64,000 nucleotides of DNA, taken from assembly GCA_964057225.1 (NCBI GenBank), contig OZ059895.1, forward strand, positions 15,872,001 to 15,936,000, read 5' to 3'. Each line of letters starts with the position of its first letter. Position 1 is the first letter of the stretch. Under the pieces are notes generated by a model. The model was given only the letters and a program-made list of their open reading frames with translations, was not told the DNA's origin and did not search any database. Shown piece after piece: positions 28,218-38,615 of the stretch. The position numbers and the translations under genes are program-made. Source of the stretch: Auanema rhodensis (taxonomy: Eukaryota; Animalia; Nematoda).

Positions 28218-28221
28218 AAAA
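28218..28221 (-). terminator. Pol III terminator (T4) of tRNA-Asp, repeated in each unit
   Basis: On the minus strand the tRNA 3' end is followed by AATA-TTTT-GC, with a further T5 about 100 nt downstream. Confidence 0.6.
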
Positions 28222-28225
28222 TATT

Positions 28226-28297
28226 CTCCCCGGCCGGGAATTGAACCCGGGTCTCGCATGTGACAGACGCGGATACTCACCACTATACTACCGAGGA
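28226..28297 (-). tRNA. tRNA-Asp-GTC: tRNA-Asp(GUC), copy 1
   Basis: Minus strand TCCTCGGTAGTATAGTGGTGAGTATCCGCGTCT-GTC-ACATGCGAGACCCGGGTTCAATTCCCGGCCGGGGAG: a 72-nt cloverleaf with A and B boxes and anticodon GTC. Confidence 0.98.
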
Positions 28298-28538
28298 CAC
28301 GTCGGTACACGTTATCAGAATACCAACGTTTCGATTCTAAGTCTCTCCCTTAGCTTCAATCATCACAATTTCCTGAAAAGAAAAATTGTAGTATAGAAGT
28401 AATTTTATAACATGAAGAACAACCGGTCAAGTGCTATTATAATTCAAAAATGAAGTGAGCGTGTGGATGTACGTGGATTTCACGTGATGCTTTCAAGATA
28501 TTCTAATCACCAAACATGAAATTTATACTAGAGATTGT

Positions 28539-28700
28539 AAGGGACGCGCGAACGCATCCCCAAACGCAAAAATTTAGCTGTTGGCGAATCTCAACTCGAG
28601 ATTGCCATACAGGTCAGCCCAATCGAAAAGTGCAATGATCAGGCCTCTTCGTAGAGAGCCCGCCTTGATGATCGCGGGCAGCTCCCAGCCAGGTAAGTTT
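28539..28700 (-). ncRNA. U1: U1 snRNA, copy 2
   Basis: Same sequence as copy 1, offset +727. Confidence 0.97.
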
Positions 28701-28952
28701 AATGGTCAACTCAATGAGTCTAACAGGCCATACCTTATTTAGTATCTCATATGGGTTTCACTTCTTTTTAATATATGAACTTGAGGGAAAACATTCGGAA
28801 TGTCTTTGATTGCAACTCATGTGGGAAAACCTGTAATCATATTAAAAACCATCCTGTTCACGACCAATTCGCCAATCAAGGAACAATTTTACTGATAATT
28901 AACCCTCAGGGCATTACATGGAAGGATATAAATCCAAGTGGTGCAAAATATT

Positions 28953-29024
28953 CTCCCCGGCCGGGAATTGAACCCGGGTCTCGCATGTGACAGACGCGGA
29001 TACTCACCACTATACTACCGAGGA
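28953..29024 (-). tRNA. tRNA-Asp-GTC: tRNA-Asp(GUC), copy 2
   Basis: Same sequence as copy 1, offset +727. Confidence 0.98.
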
Positions 29025-29265
29025 CACGTCGGTACACGTTATCAGAATACCAACGTTTCGATTCTAAGTCTCTCCCTTAGCTTCAATCATCACAATTTCC
29101 TGAAAAGAAAAATTGTAGTATAGAAGTAATTTTATAACATGAAGAACAACCGGTCAAGTGCTATTATAATTCAAAAATGAAGTGAGCGTGTGGATGTACG
29201 TGGATTTCACGTGATGCTTTCAAGATATTCTAATCACCAAACATGAAATTTATACTAGAGATTGT

Positions 29266-29427
29266 AAGGGACGCGCGAACGCATCCCCAAACGCAAAAAT
29301 TTAGCTGTTGGCGAATCTCAACTCGAGATTGCCATACAGGTCAGCCCAATCGAAAAGTGCAATGATCAGGCCTCTTCGTAGAGAGCCCGCCTTGATGATC
29401 GCGGGCAGCTCCCAGCCAGGTAAGTTT
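29266..29427 (-). ncRNA. U1: U1 snRNA, copy 3
   Basis: Same sequence as copy 1. Confidence 0.97.
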
Positions 29428-29679
29428 AATGGTCAACTCAATGAGTCTAACAGGCCATACCTTGTTTGGTATCTCATATGGGTTTCACTTCTTTTTAATA
29501 TATGAACTTGAGGGAAAACATTCGGAATGTCTTTGATTGCAACTCATGTGGGAAAACCTGTAATCATATTAAAAACCATCCTGTTCACGACCAATTCGCC
29601 AATCAAGGAACAATTTTACTGATAATTAACCCTCAGGGCATTACATGGAAGGATATAAATCCAAGTGGTGCAAAATATT

Positions 29680-29751
29680 CTCCCCGGCCGGGAATTGAAC
29701 CCGGGTCTCGCATGTGACAGACGCGGATACTCACCACTATACTACCGAGGA
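29680..29751 (-). tRNA. tRNA-Asp-GTC: tRNA-Asp(GUC), copy 3
   Basis: Same sequence as copy 1. Confidence 0.98.
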
Positions 29752-29992
29752 CACGTCGCTACACGTTATCAGAATACCAACGTTACGATTCTAAGTCTCT
29801 CCCTTAGCTTCAATCATCACAATTTCCTGAAAAGAAAAATTGTAGTATAGAAGTAATTTTATAACATGAAGAACAACCGGTCAAGTGCTATTATAATTCA
29901 AAAATGAAGTGAGCGTGTGGATGTACGTGGATCTCACGTGATGCTTTCAAGATATTCTAATCACCAAACATGAAATTTATACTAGAGATTGT

Positions 29993-30154
29993 AAGGGACG
30001 CGCGAACGCATCCCCAAACGCAAAAATTTAGCTGTTGGCGAATCTCAACTCGAGATTGCCATACAGGTCAGCCCAATCGAAAAGTGCAATGATCAGGCCT
30101 CTTCGTAGAGAGCCGGCCTTGATGATCGCGGGCAGCTCCCAGCCAGGTAAGTTT
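29993..30154 (-). ncRNA. U1: U1 snRNA, copy 4 (one substitution in stem I at 30115)
   Basis: As copy 1 except plus-strand AGCCGGCC instead of AGCCCGCC. Confidence 0.95.
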
Positions 30155-30406
30155 AATGGTCAACTCAATGAGTCTAACAGGCCATACCTTGTTTGGTATC
30201 TCATATCGGTTTCACTTCTTTTTAATATATGAACTTGAGGGAAAACATTCGGAATGTCTTTGATTGCAACTCATGTGGGAAAACCTGTAATCATATTAAA
30301 AACCATCCTGTTCACGACCAATTCGCCAATCAAGGAACAATTTTACTGATAATTAACCCTCAGGGCATTACATGGAAGGATATAAATCCAAGTGGTGCAA
30401 AATATT

Positions 30407-30478
30407 CTCCCCGGCCGGGAATTGAACCCGGGTCTCGCATGTGACAGACGCGGATACTCACCACTATACTACCGAGGA
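30407..30478 (-). tRNA. tRNA-Asp-GTC: tRNA-Asp(GUC), copy 4
   Basis: Same sequence as copy 1. Confidence 0.98.
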
Positions 30479-30719
30479 CACGTCGCTACACGTTATCAGA
30501 ATACCAACGTTACGATTCTAAGTCTCTCCCTTAGCTTCAATCATCACAATTTCCTGAAAAGAAAAATTGTAGTATAGAAGTAATTTTATAACATGAAGAA
30601 CAACCGGTCAAGTGCTATTATAATTCAAAAATGAAGTGAGCGTGTGGATGTACGTGGATCTCACGTGATGCTTTCAAGATATTCTAATCACCAAACATGA
30701 AATTTATACTCGAGATTGT

Positions 30720-30881
30720 AAGGGACGCGCGAACGCATCCCCAAACGCAAAAATTTAGCTGTTGGCGAATCTCAACTCGAGATTGCCATACAGGTCAGCC
30801 CAATCGAAAAGTGCAATGATCAGGCCTCTTCGTAGAGAGCCCGCCTTGATGATCGCGGGCAGCTCCCAGCCAGGTAAGTTT
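30720..30881 (-). ncRNA. U1: U1 snRNA, copy 5
   Basis: Same sequence as copy 1. Confidence 0.97.
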
Positions 30882-31133
30882 AATGGTCAACTCAATGAGT
30901 CTAACAGGCCATACATTGTTTGGTATCTCATATGGGTTTCACTTCTTTTTAATATATGAACTTGAGGGAAAACATTCGGAATGTCTTTGATTGCAACTCA
31001 TGTGGGAAAACCTGTAATCATATTAAAAACCATCCTGTTCACGACCAATTCGCCAATCAAGGAACAATTTTACTGATAATTAACCCTCAGGGCATTACAT
31101 GGAAGGATATAAATCCAAGTGGTGCAAAATATT

Positions 31134-31205
31134 CTCCCCGGCCGGGAATTGAACCCGGGTCTCGCATGTGACAGACGCGGATACTCACCACTATACTACC
31201 GAGGA
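31134..31205 (-). tRNA. tRNA-Asp-GTC: tRNA-Asp(GUC), copy 5
   Basis: Same sequence as copy 1. Confidence 0.98.
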
Positions 31206-31446
31206 CACGTAGCTACACGTTATCAGAATACCAACGTTACGATTCTAAGTCTCTCCCTTAGCTTCAATCATCACAATTTCCTGAAAAGAAAAATTGTAGT
31301 ATAGAAGTAATTTTATAACATGAAGAACAACCGGTCAAGTGCTATTATAATTCAAAAATGAAGTGAGCGTGTGGATGTACGTGGATCTCACGTGATGCTT
31401 TCAAGATATTCTAATCAGCAAACATGAAATTTATACTAGAGATTGT

Positions 31447-31608
31447 AAGGGACGCGCGAACGCATCCCCAAACGCAAAAATTTAGCTGTTGGCGAATCTC
31501 AACTCGAGATTGCCATACAGGTCAGCCCAATCGAAAAGTGCAATGATCAGGCCTCTTCGTAGAGAGCCCGCCTTGATGATCGCGGGCAGCTCCCAGCCAG
31601 GTAAGTTT
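31447..31608 (-). ncRNA. U1: U1 snRNA, copy 6
   Basis: Same sequence as copy 1. Confidence 0.97.
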
Positions 31609-31860
31609 AATGGTCAACTCAATGAGTCTAACAGCCCATACCTTGTTTGGTATCTCATATGGGTTTCACTTCTTTTTAATATATGAACTTGAGGGAAAAC
31701 ATTCGGAATGTCTTTGATTGCAACTCATGTGGGAAAACCTGTAATCATGTTAAAAACCATCCTGTTCACGACAAATTCGCCAATCAAGGAACAATTTTAC
31801 TGATAATTAACCCTCAGGGCATTACATGGAAGGATATAAATCCAAGTGGTGCAAAATATT

Positions 31861-31932
31861 CTCCCCGGCCGGGAATTGAACCCGGGTCTCGCATGTGACA
31901 GACGCGGATACTCACCACTATACTACCGAGGA
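31861..31932 (-). tRNA. tRNA-Asp-GTC: tRNA-Asp(GUC), copy 6
   Basis: Same sequence as copy 1. Confidence 0.98.
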
Positions 31933-32173
31933 CACGTCGCTACACGTTATCAGAATACCAACGTTACGATTCTAAGTCTCTCCCTTAGCTTCAATCATCA
32001 CAATTTCCTGAAAAGAAAAATTGTAGTATAGAAGTAATTTTATAACATGAAGAACAACCGGTCAAGTGCTATTATAATTCAAAAATGAAGTGAGCGTGTG
32101 GATGTACGTGGATCTCACGTGATGCTTTCAAGATATTCTAATCAGCAAACATGAAATTTATACTAGAGATTGT

Positions 32174-32335
32174 AAGGGACGCGCGAACGCATCCCCAAAC
32201 GCAAAAATTTAGCTGTTGGCGAATCTCAACTCGAGATTGCCATACAGGTCAGCCCAATCGAAAAGTGCAATGATCAGGCCTCTTCGTAGAGAGCCCGCCT
32301 TGATGATCGCGGGCAGCTCCCAGCCAGGTAAGTTT
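32174..32335 (-). ncRNA. U1: U1 snRNA, copy 7
   Basis: Same sequence as copy 1. Confidence 0.97.
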
Positions 32336-32587
32336 AATGGTCAACTCAATGAGTCTAACAGGCCATACCTTGTTTGGTATCTCATATGGGTTTCACTTCT
32401 TTTTAATATATGAACTTGAGGGAAAACATTCGGAATGTCTTTGATTGCAACTCATGTGGGAAAACCTGTAATCATATTAAAAACCATCCTGTTCACGACC
32501 AATTCGCCAATCAAGGAACAATTTTACTGATAATTAACCCTCAGGGCATTACATGGAAGGATATAAATCCAAGTGGTGCAAAATATT

Positions 32588-32659
32588 CTCCCCGGCCGGG
32601 AATTGAACCCGGGTCTCGCATGTGACAGACGCGGATACTCACCACTATACTACCGAGGA
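32588..32659 (-). tRNA. tRNA-Asp-GTC: tRNA-Asp(GUC), copy 7
   Basis: Same sequence as copy 1. Confidence 0.98.
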
Positions 32660-32900
32660 CACGTCGCTACACGTTATCAGAATACCAACGTTACGATTCT
32701 AAGTCTCTCCCTTAGCTTCAATCATCACAATTTCCTGAAAAGAAAAATTGTAGTATAGAAGTAATTTTATAACATGAAGAACAACCGGTCAAGTGCTATT
32801 ATAATTCAAAAATGAAGTGAGCGTGTGGATGTACGTGGATCTCACGTGATGCTTTCAAGATATTCTAATCACCAAACATGAAATTTATACTCGAGATTGT

Positions 32901-33062
32901 AAGGGACGCGCGAACGCATCCCCAAACGCAAAAATTTAGCTGTTGGCGAATCTCAACTCGAGATTGCCATACAGGTCAGCCCAATCGAAAAGTGCAATGA
33001 TCAGGCCTCTTCGTAGAGAGCCCGCCTTGATGATCGCGGGCAGCTCCCAGCCAGGTAAGTTT
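32901..33062 (-). ncRNA. U1: U1 snRNA, copy 8
   Basis: Same sequence as copy 1. Confidence 0.97.
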
Positions 33063-33314
33063 AATGGTCAACTCAATGAGTCTAACAGGCCATACCTTGT
33101 TTGGTATCTCATATGGGTTTCACTTCTTTTTAATATATGAACTTGAGGGAAAACATTCGGAATGTCTTTGATTGCAACTCATGTGGGAAAACCTGTAATC
33201 ATATTAAAAACCATCCTGTTCACGACCAATTCGCCAATCAAGGAACAATTTTACTGATAATTAACCCTCAGGGCATTACATGGAAGGATATAAATCCAAG
33301 TGGTGCAAAATATT

Positions 33315-33386
33315 CTCCCCGGCCGGGAATTGAACCCGGGTCTCGCATGTGACAGACGCGGATACTCACCACTATACTACCGAGGA
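33315..33386 (-). tRNA. tRNA-Asp-GTC: tRNA-Asp(GUC), copy 8
   Basis: Same sequence as copy 1. Confidence 0.98.
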
Positions 33387-33627
33387 CACGTAGCTACACG
33401 TTATCAGAATACCAACGTTACGATTCTAAGTCTCTCCCTTAGCTTCAATCATCACAATTTCCTGAAAAGAAAAATTGTAGTATAGAAGTAATTTTATAAC
33501 ATGAAGAACAACCGGTCAAGTGCTATTATAATTCAAAAATGAAGTGAGCGTGTGGATGTACGTGGATCTCACGTGATGCTTTCAAGATATTCTAATCACC
33601 AAACATGAAATTTATACTAGAGATTGT

Positions 33628-33789
33628 AAGGGACGCGCGAACGCATCCCCAAACGCAAAAATTTAGCTGTTGGCGAATCTCAACTCGAGATTGCCATACA
33701 GGTCAGCCCAATCGAAAAGTGCAATGATCAGGCCTCTTCGTAGAGAGCCCGCCTTGATGATCGCGGGCAGCTCCCAGCCAGGTAAGTTT
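33628..33789 (-). ncRNA. U1: U1 snRNA, copy 9
   Basis: Same sequence as copy 1. Confidence 0.97.
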
Positions 33790-34041
33790 AATGGTCAACT
33801 CAATGAGTCTAACAGGCCATACCTTGTTTGGTATCTCATATCGGTTTCACTTCTTTTTAATATATGAACTTGAGGGAAAACATTCGGAATGTCTTTGATT
33901 GCAACTCATGTGGGAAAACCTGTAATCATATTAAAAACCATCCTGTTCACGACCAATTCGCCAATCAAGGAACAATTTTACTGATAATTAACCCTCAGGG
34001 CATTACATGGAAGGATATAAATCCAAGTGGTGCAAAATATT

Positions 34042-34113
34042 CTCCCCGGCCGGGAATTGAACCCGGGTCTCGCATGTGACAGACGCGGATACTCACCACT
34101 ATACTACCGAGGA
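34042..34113 (-). tRNA. tRNA-Asp-GTC: tRNA-Asp(GUC), copy 9
   Basis: Same sequence as copy 1. Confidence 0.98.
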
Positions 34114-34354
34114 CACGTCGCTACACGTTATCAGAATACCAACGTTACGATTCTAAGTCTCTCCCTTAGCTTCAATCATCACAATTTCCTGAAAAGAAAA
34201 ATTGTAGTATAGAAGTAATTTTATAACATGAAGAACAACCGGTCAAGTGCTATTATAATTCAAAAATGAAGTGAGCGTGTGGATGTACGTGGATCTCACG
34301 TGATGCTTTCAAGATATTCTAATCACCAAACATGAAATTTATACTCGAGATTGT

Positions 34355-34516
34355 AAGGGACGCGCGAACGCATCCCCAAACGCAAAAATTTAGCTGTTGG
34401 CGAATCTCAACTCGAGATTGCCATACAGGTCAGCCCAATCGAAAAGTGCAATGATCAGGCCTCTTCGTAGAGAGCCCGCCTTGATGATCGCGGGCAGCTC
34501 CCAGCCAGGTAAGTTT
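34355..34516 (-). ncRNA. U1: U1 snRNA, copy 10
   Basis: Same sequence as copy 1. Confidence 0.97.
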
Positions 34517-34768
34517 AATGGTCAACTCAATGAGTCTAACAGGCCATACCTTGTTTGGTATCTCATATGGGTTTCACTTCTTTTTAATATATGAACTTGA
34601 GGGAAAACATTCGGAATGTCTTTGATTGCAACTCATGTGGGAAAACCTGTAATCATATTAAAAACCATCCTGTTCACGACCAATTCGCCAATCAAGGAAC
34701 AATTTTACTGATAATTAACCCTCAGGGCATTACATGGAAGGATATAAATCCAAGTGGTGCAAAATATT

Positions 34769-34840
34769 CTCCCCGGCCGGGAATTGAACCCGGGTCTCGC
34801 ATGTGACAGACGCGGATACTCACCACTATACTACCGAGGA
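34769..34840 (-). tRNA. tRNA-Asp-GTC: tRNA-Asp(GUC), copy 10
   Basis: Same sequence as copy 1. Confidence 0.98.
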
Positions 34841-35081
34841 CACGTAGCTACACGTTATCAGAATACCAACGTTACGATTCTAAGTCTCTCCCTTAGCTTC
34901 AATCATCACAATTTCCTGAAAAGAAAAATTGTAGTATAGAAGTAATTTTATAACATGAAGAACAACCGGTCAAGTGCTATTATAATTCAAAAATGAAGTG
35001 AGCGTGTGGATGTACGTGGATCTCACGTGATGCTTTCAAGATATTCTAATCACCAAACATGAAATTTATACTAGAGATTGT

Positions 35082-35243
35082 AAGGGACGCGCGAACGCAT
35101 CCCCAAACGCAAAAATTTAGCTGTTGGCGAATCTCAACTCGAGATTGCCATACAGGTCAGCCCAATCGAAAAGTGCAATGATCAGGCCTCTTCGTAGAGA
35201 GCCCGCCTTGATGATCGCGGGCAGCTCCCAGCCAGGTAAGTTT
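35082..35243 (-). ncRNA. U1: U1 snRNA, copy 11 (intact RNA, upstream flank truncated at -56)
   Basis: Same RNA sequence as copy 1. Array homology stops at 35299, inside the putative PSE, and there is no upstream tRNA. Confidence 0.93.
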
Positions 35244-35407
35244 AATGGTCAACTCAATGAGTCTAACAGGCCATACCTTGTTTGGTATCTCATATGGGTA
35301 TGACTATTTATAAGAAACTTTGAGCTAAGAAATACATTTATTATTAGAAACAATATACCAATATCAAAAAAAATAAAGACTATTCAACATCAATTTGAAT
35401 AATGAGA

Positions 35408-35886
35408 TTAACGACGACAAACGAAAAATGCAAATCGGCCATTATTTCCTTGTATCTGACCACTTTCCCCGACACGAAGTTCCTTGAGTTCGCCATTTCT
35501 ATCGCGTAAGACGCATGCTAGAACAGAAGATTGAACTATCGTTTAAGCTTGTTCTTCACGTACATTCAATTTGGAAAGAATATGAAGAACCCCTAGAGCG
35601 GCAGTAGAACCGATAGCCCATTTGAGGATGAAGAATATGATCTACATAACTTTGGAAAGGCACATAAGCAGCTTCGGAAGTAAGCCAGTCAGCATAACAC
35701 CCTATGGAAGTATTTAAATTGCTATAACGATGTTAGACGACAAATTAATGTTTTACCGGCTCTACTAATTTCTCCATTTTTGCATTCTTTATAGAAGCTT
35801 CCCTGACGAAAGCGGAAACCTTCCTCACAGCACTGTACTGCTACCAATACGAAAATCAATATACTTCCGTGAGCGAGCCAAGCCAT
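35408..35886 (-). CDS. Small secreted Cys-rich protein (~125 aa, 3 exons), resembles nematode MIG-18-like fibronectin type I repeat proteins
   Basis: Spliced translation: MAWLAHGSILIFVLVAVQCCEEGFRFRQGSFYKECKNGEISRA/GCYADWLTSEAAYVPFQSYVDHILHPQMGYRFYCRSRGSSYSFQIE/SCVLRDRNGELKELRVGESGQIQGNNGRFAFFVCRR*. It has a signal peptide and two phase-compatible GT-AG introns. The domain call rests on Cys/Gly spacing only. Confidence 0.7.
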
Positions 35887-37251
35887 ATCTGCACGAATAA
35901 CTTAAGATATGAAGATGAATCTTTCAAAAACAAAAAGAAAATGACTGAACTAAGATTTAGTCATACGAAGCGCCGTTGCAGCTCTGCTTACTGCTGATAA
36001 TGCGGCTCATGCTGTATCTTCTTATTTCACATCCATCTCACTTTTTTAGGAGGTCAATACGATTAATTAACTTTAAGTATCAGCTGCTGTTCAGTCATTT
36101 TTTGGCTGAATATATCCACCTACGTTCACCGAAATAATGCTGATATGTAACTGCTTCTTGAGAGAAAGAAGTTTGAAAGAACGAAAAAAAGTTGGAAAAT
36201 GGATCTGAGCACAATGCTTATCTAAGATCGAAATACAATTTCTTTTGATTTACAACATCCAAGCAGTTTTGTCATTTTTTTCTGATTCCTTCTTAAAAAC
36301 ATTTTTGTTTCAATAAAAATGATTAATTATTGCAGCAACGGCTTTCAATGCTGAAATTTAAAAAATTGCAAGAATGCCACACCAGCGTTGTTAACGTTAA
36401 ATGCTCACGTTCATTCTAATAAACATGAAAACAATATGGCTTAGTATCATGTCGTATACTTCAATTATTTGTAGGAACAAGTTTGAAACATGAATCACAC
36501 AAAGCGAACAATGCTCAAAACGTTAACACGACCTTTCACGAATTTACTGGTCATGATTGTTAGTACGAACTCAATCTTTTTCTCCCCGCCGATTTATTAG
36601 AAGGTGATTCCCTCAAAACACAGTCATAATTCATCAATCGAAGCCAGGTGCAGTCCACGAGCGTTTGCTAACAAACAACTAAGAAGAAACTCGTTTATAT
36701 TCAAAGTGTGGAGACAGAGTGACAAGTGAACAGAAGAAACTTTAATATTTATTAATTGCTGAGAAAAATATTGATATATTCATGATCCACAATATAATTT
36801 TTATTTTTAATCTTTTGAATAACTTCATTCCAAGTGACACCAGGAGATCAGATTTCTGGGAGACGGCCTGTGGTCATTACAAATCCGTATAGGAAACTTT
36901 TCGTTTTTTATGAAGCCAGATGACGTCCGAGTAAATGACCCATGGCGCTCAATCGAAGCGTTGATATGATGCCACAGCGTAGCTATGAAGAAACAATGAT
37001 ACACGTAACGAAGATATCCACATCAGGGATACTGAAGGTGACACAGAGGATGGCAGTTGAGTGAGTGAAACAAACCAAGTTTTAGACAAGAAAAGGCTTA
37101 TAATAAATCATCATCACTTATAGAATATGCAGATTGGCGTAACGAAGATGACTTAAAAATAAAAAAAGAAAGAGAGTGCGAGAGAGAGAGAAAAGAAGAC
37201 AGAGTGAAAGAAAAGGGGCATAATGAACATTAGAAAGAATTTAGAGCTCAA

Positions 37252-37678
37252 CTATGGAATCTGAAGTTGTGACATAGTTCCTTGAGCTAGCATATGAATG
37301 ACGCGGGTATCTCGCTTAGGAGTTCGTCGCCCATCCCAACACAGATACATGGACCATACAAGTACCATCAAAATTGAAATAACCACGTAGGCAAAACTAA
37401 AAAAAAGCAAATCAATAGTTTGAAAAATCAGTCAAAGCCACAAGCAATCTTTCACGAATAAATCTAATTGAAATCAGATAAAGGAGTTTTAATTGTAAGA
37501 GCTCGAGAGCAAGTACTTGAGGAAGTAATCGCAACTGATGATGATAGCAGGCGGTAAGTGAAGATGAGTGAAAATTAAAAAGAGCCAACCTTATATAAGT
37601 TACAGCCTGCTCTCGAGTCCATATACCAAAAAAGAGTGTCGTTGAGTTTGTGTCGATCCTATCCCCGTTAAATTCCAT
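37252..37678 (-). CDS. Possible small single-pass membrane protein (~77 aa, 2 exons; may have further 5' exons)
   Basis: MEFNGDRIDTNSTTLFFGIWTREQAVTYIS/FAYVVISILMVLVWSMYLCWDGRRTPKRDTRVIHMLAQGTMSQLQIP*, using donor AAG|GTTGGC and acceptor TTTTTAG. One hydrophobic helix followed by basic residues. No recognised homologue. Confidence 0.35.
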
Positions 37679-38527
37679 ACATTCTTTTTGTCTGTAAAAT
37701 TAAAAAGATATTATCAAAACTGAATAATTAAAAACTCTTCGGTCCTGACACAATAGATAGATAATCAAAGGTGCAAAAACGAAATGTCAATTGAAATTTC
37801 TCTCATTTTCTTCCTCAATCATTCTTCCAAGCCTTAAACACTGTTCTACACCCAATTTCTCTCTCTCTTTTCCTTCTTCACTCCCTCTCATCTGATCATT
37901 ATCCACATATTACACATCAATAGAAATAAAGCTTGTTACGTTAGAAAGGACAATCCGAATAGTCTACTGCAAGATGCTAACAGTTTACAGAGGTGTGAGA
38001 GAAAGCATGAGCAAGAGAGAAAGTAAGAAGATGACCGCGAAATCGAAACTTGGAAGGATATTCGGCTATACGTTTTCAGAAAAAAAAGATGATGAATAAA
38101 ATTGTAGAGGATAGGAATACGCGTGAAAATGAACAGACGAATGAACTAATAATCTCATCAGCAAACCTGTGATAACAGTTGTTCTACAGAGATATCTAGG
38201 AGTTCGTAGTGACAATTTCGTTAGTGAGACGAAAAAAAGTAACAAGATTGAGAAGAGGAATAAATCTGAAATTGAGTTTCAAACTTGAGTTCGATGACGA
38301 AACAGATTAAACTCCAATGTCCTGCCCTTTCAGTGAAATTGCTTGAAGAATCAGGGAAAATCAAAGGACAATCTGGTTCATTCTGAGAATAATATCGAAT
38401 GATGAGACAAGGCTAGTAAACAATCATAACGGTGTGAGTAGTTCAAAGGTTTTATGAAGAAAAGCATATGTTGTTTCTTAGACGATAAGCAGGGTTAAAT
38501 GTTGAAGTTGATGATGCTCAACACATT

Positions 38528-38615
38528 CTCTCTCTCTCTCTCTTTCTCTCGCTCTCTCTCTCTCCCTCTCTCTCTCATCTGGCTACTCCTTTGCTGACTC
38601 CTCTCTCTCTCTCTA
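38528..38615. repeat. (TC)n microsatellite, imperfect
   Basis: Visible TC dinucleotide runs. Confidence 0.85.

Larger units (their letters stand above)
27576..35299 (-). repeat. 727-bp tandem gene array (~10.6 units); each unit = one tRNA-Asp gene + one U1 snRNA gene
   Basis: Exact 727-bp period (ORF starts 28048, 28775 ... 34591) with near-identical units. Similarity ends at ...CATATGGGT 35299. Confidence 0.98.

Noticed and set aside
27974-28225. Dicistronic tRNA-U1 precursor made by Pol III
   Set aside because: T4 directly after the tRNA and T5 further on would terminate Pol III, U1 has internal T runs, and a PSE-like element sits at the expected position.
28048-34939. Repeated 61-71 aa plus-strand ORFs in the 727-bp array
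   Set aside because: They are antisense to the tRNA and U1 genes (e.g. PRPGIEPGS is the typical antisense-tRNA translation) and show no protein features.
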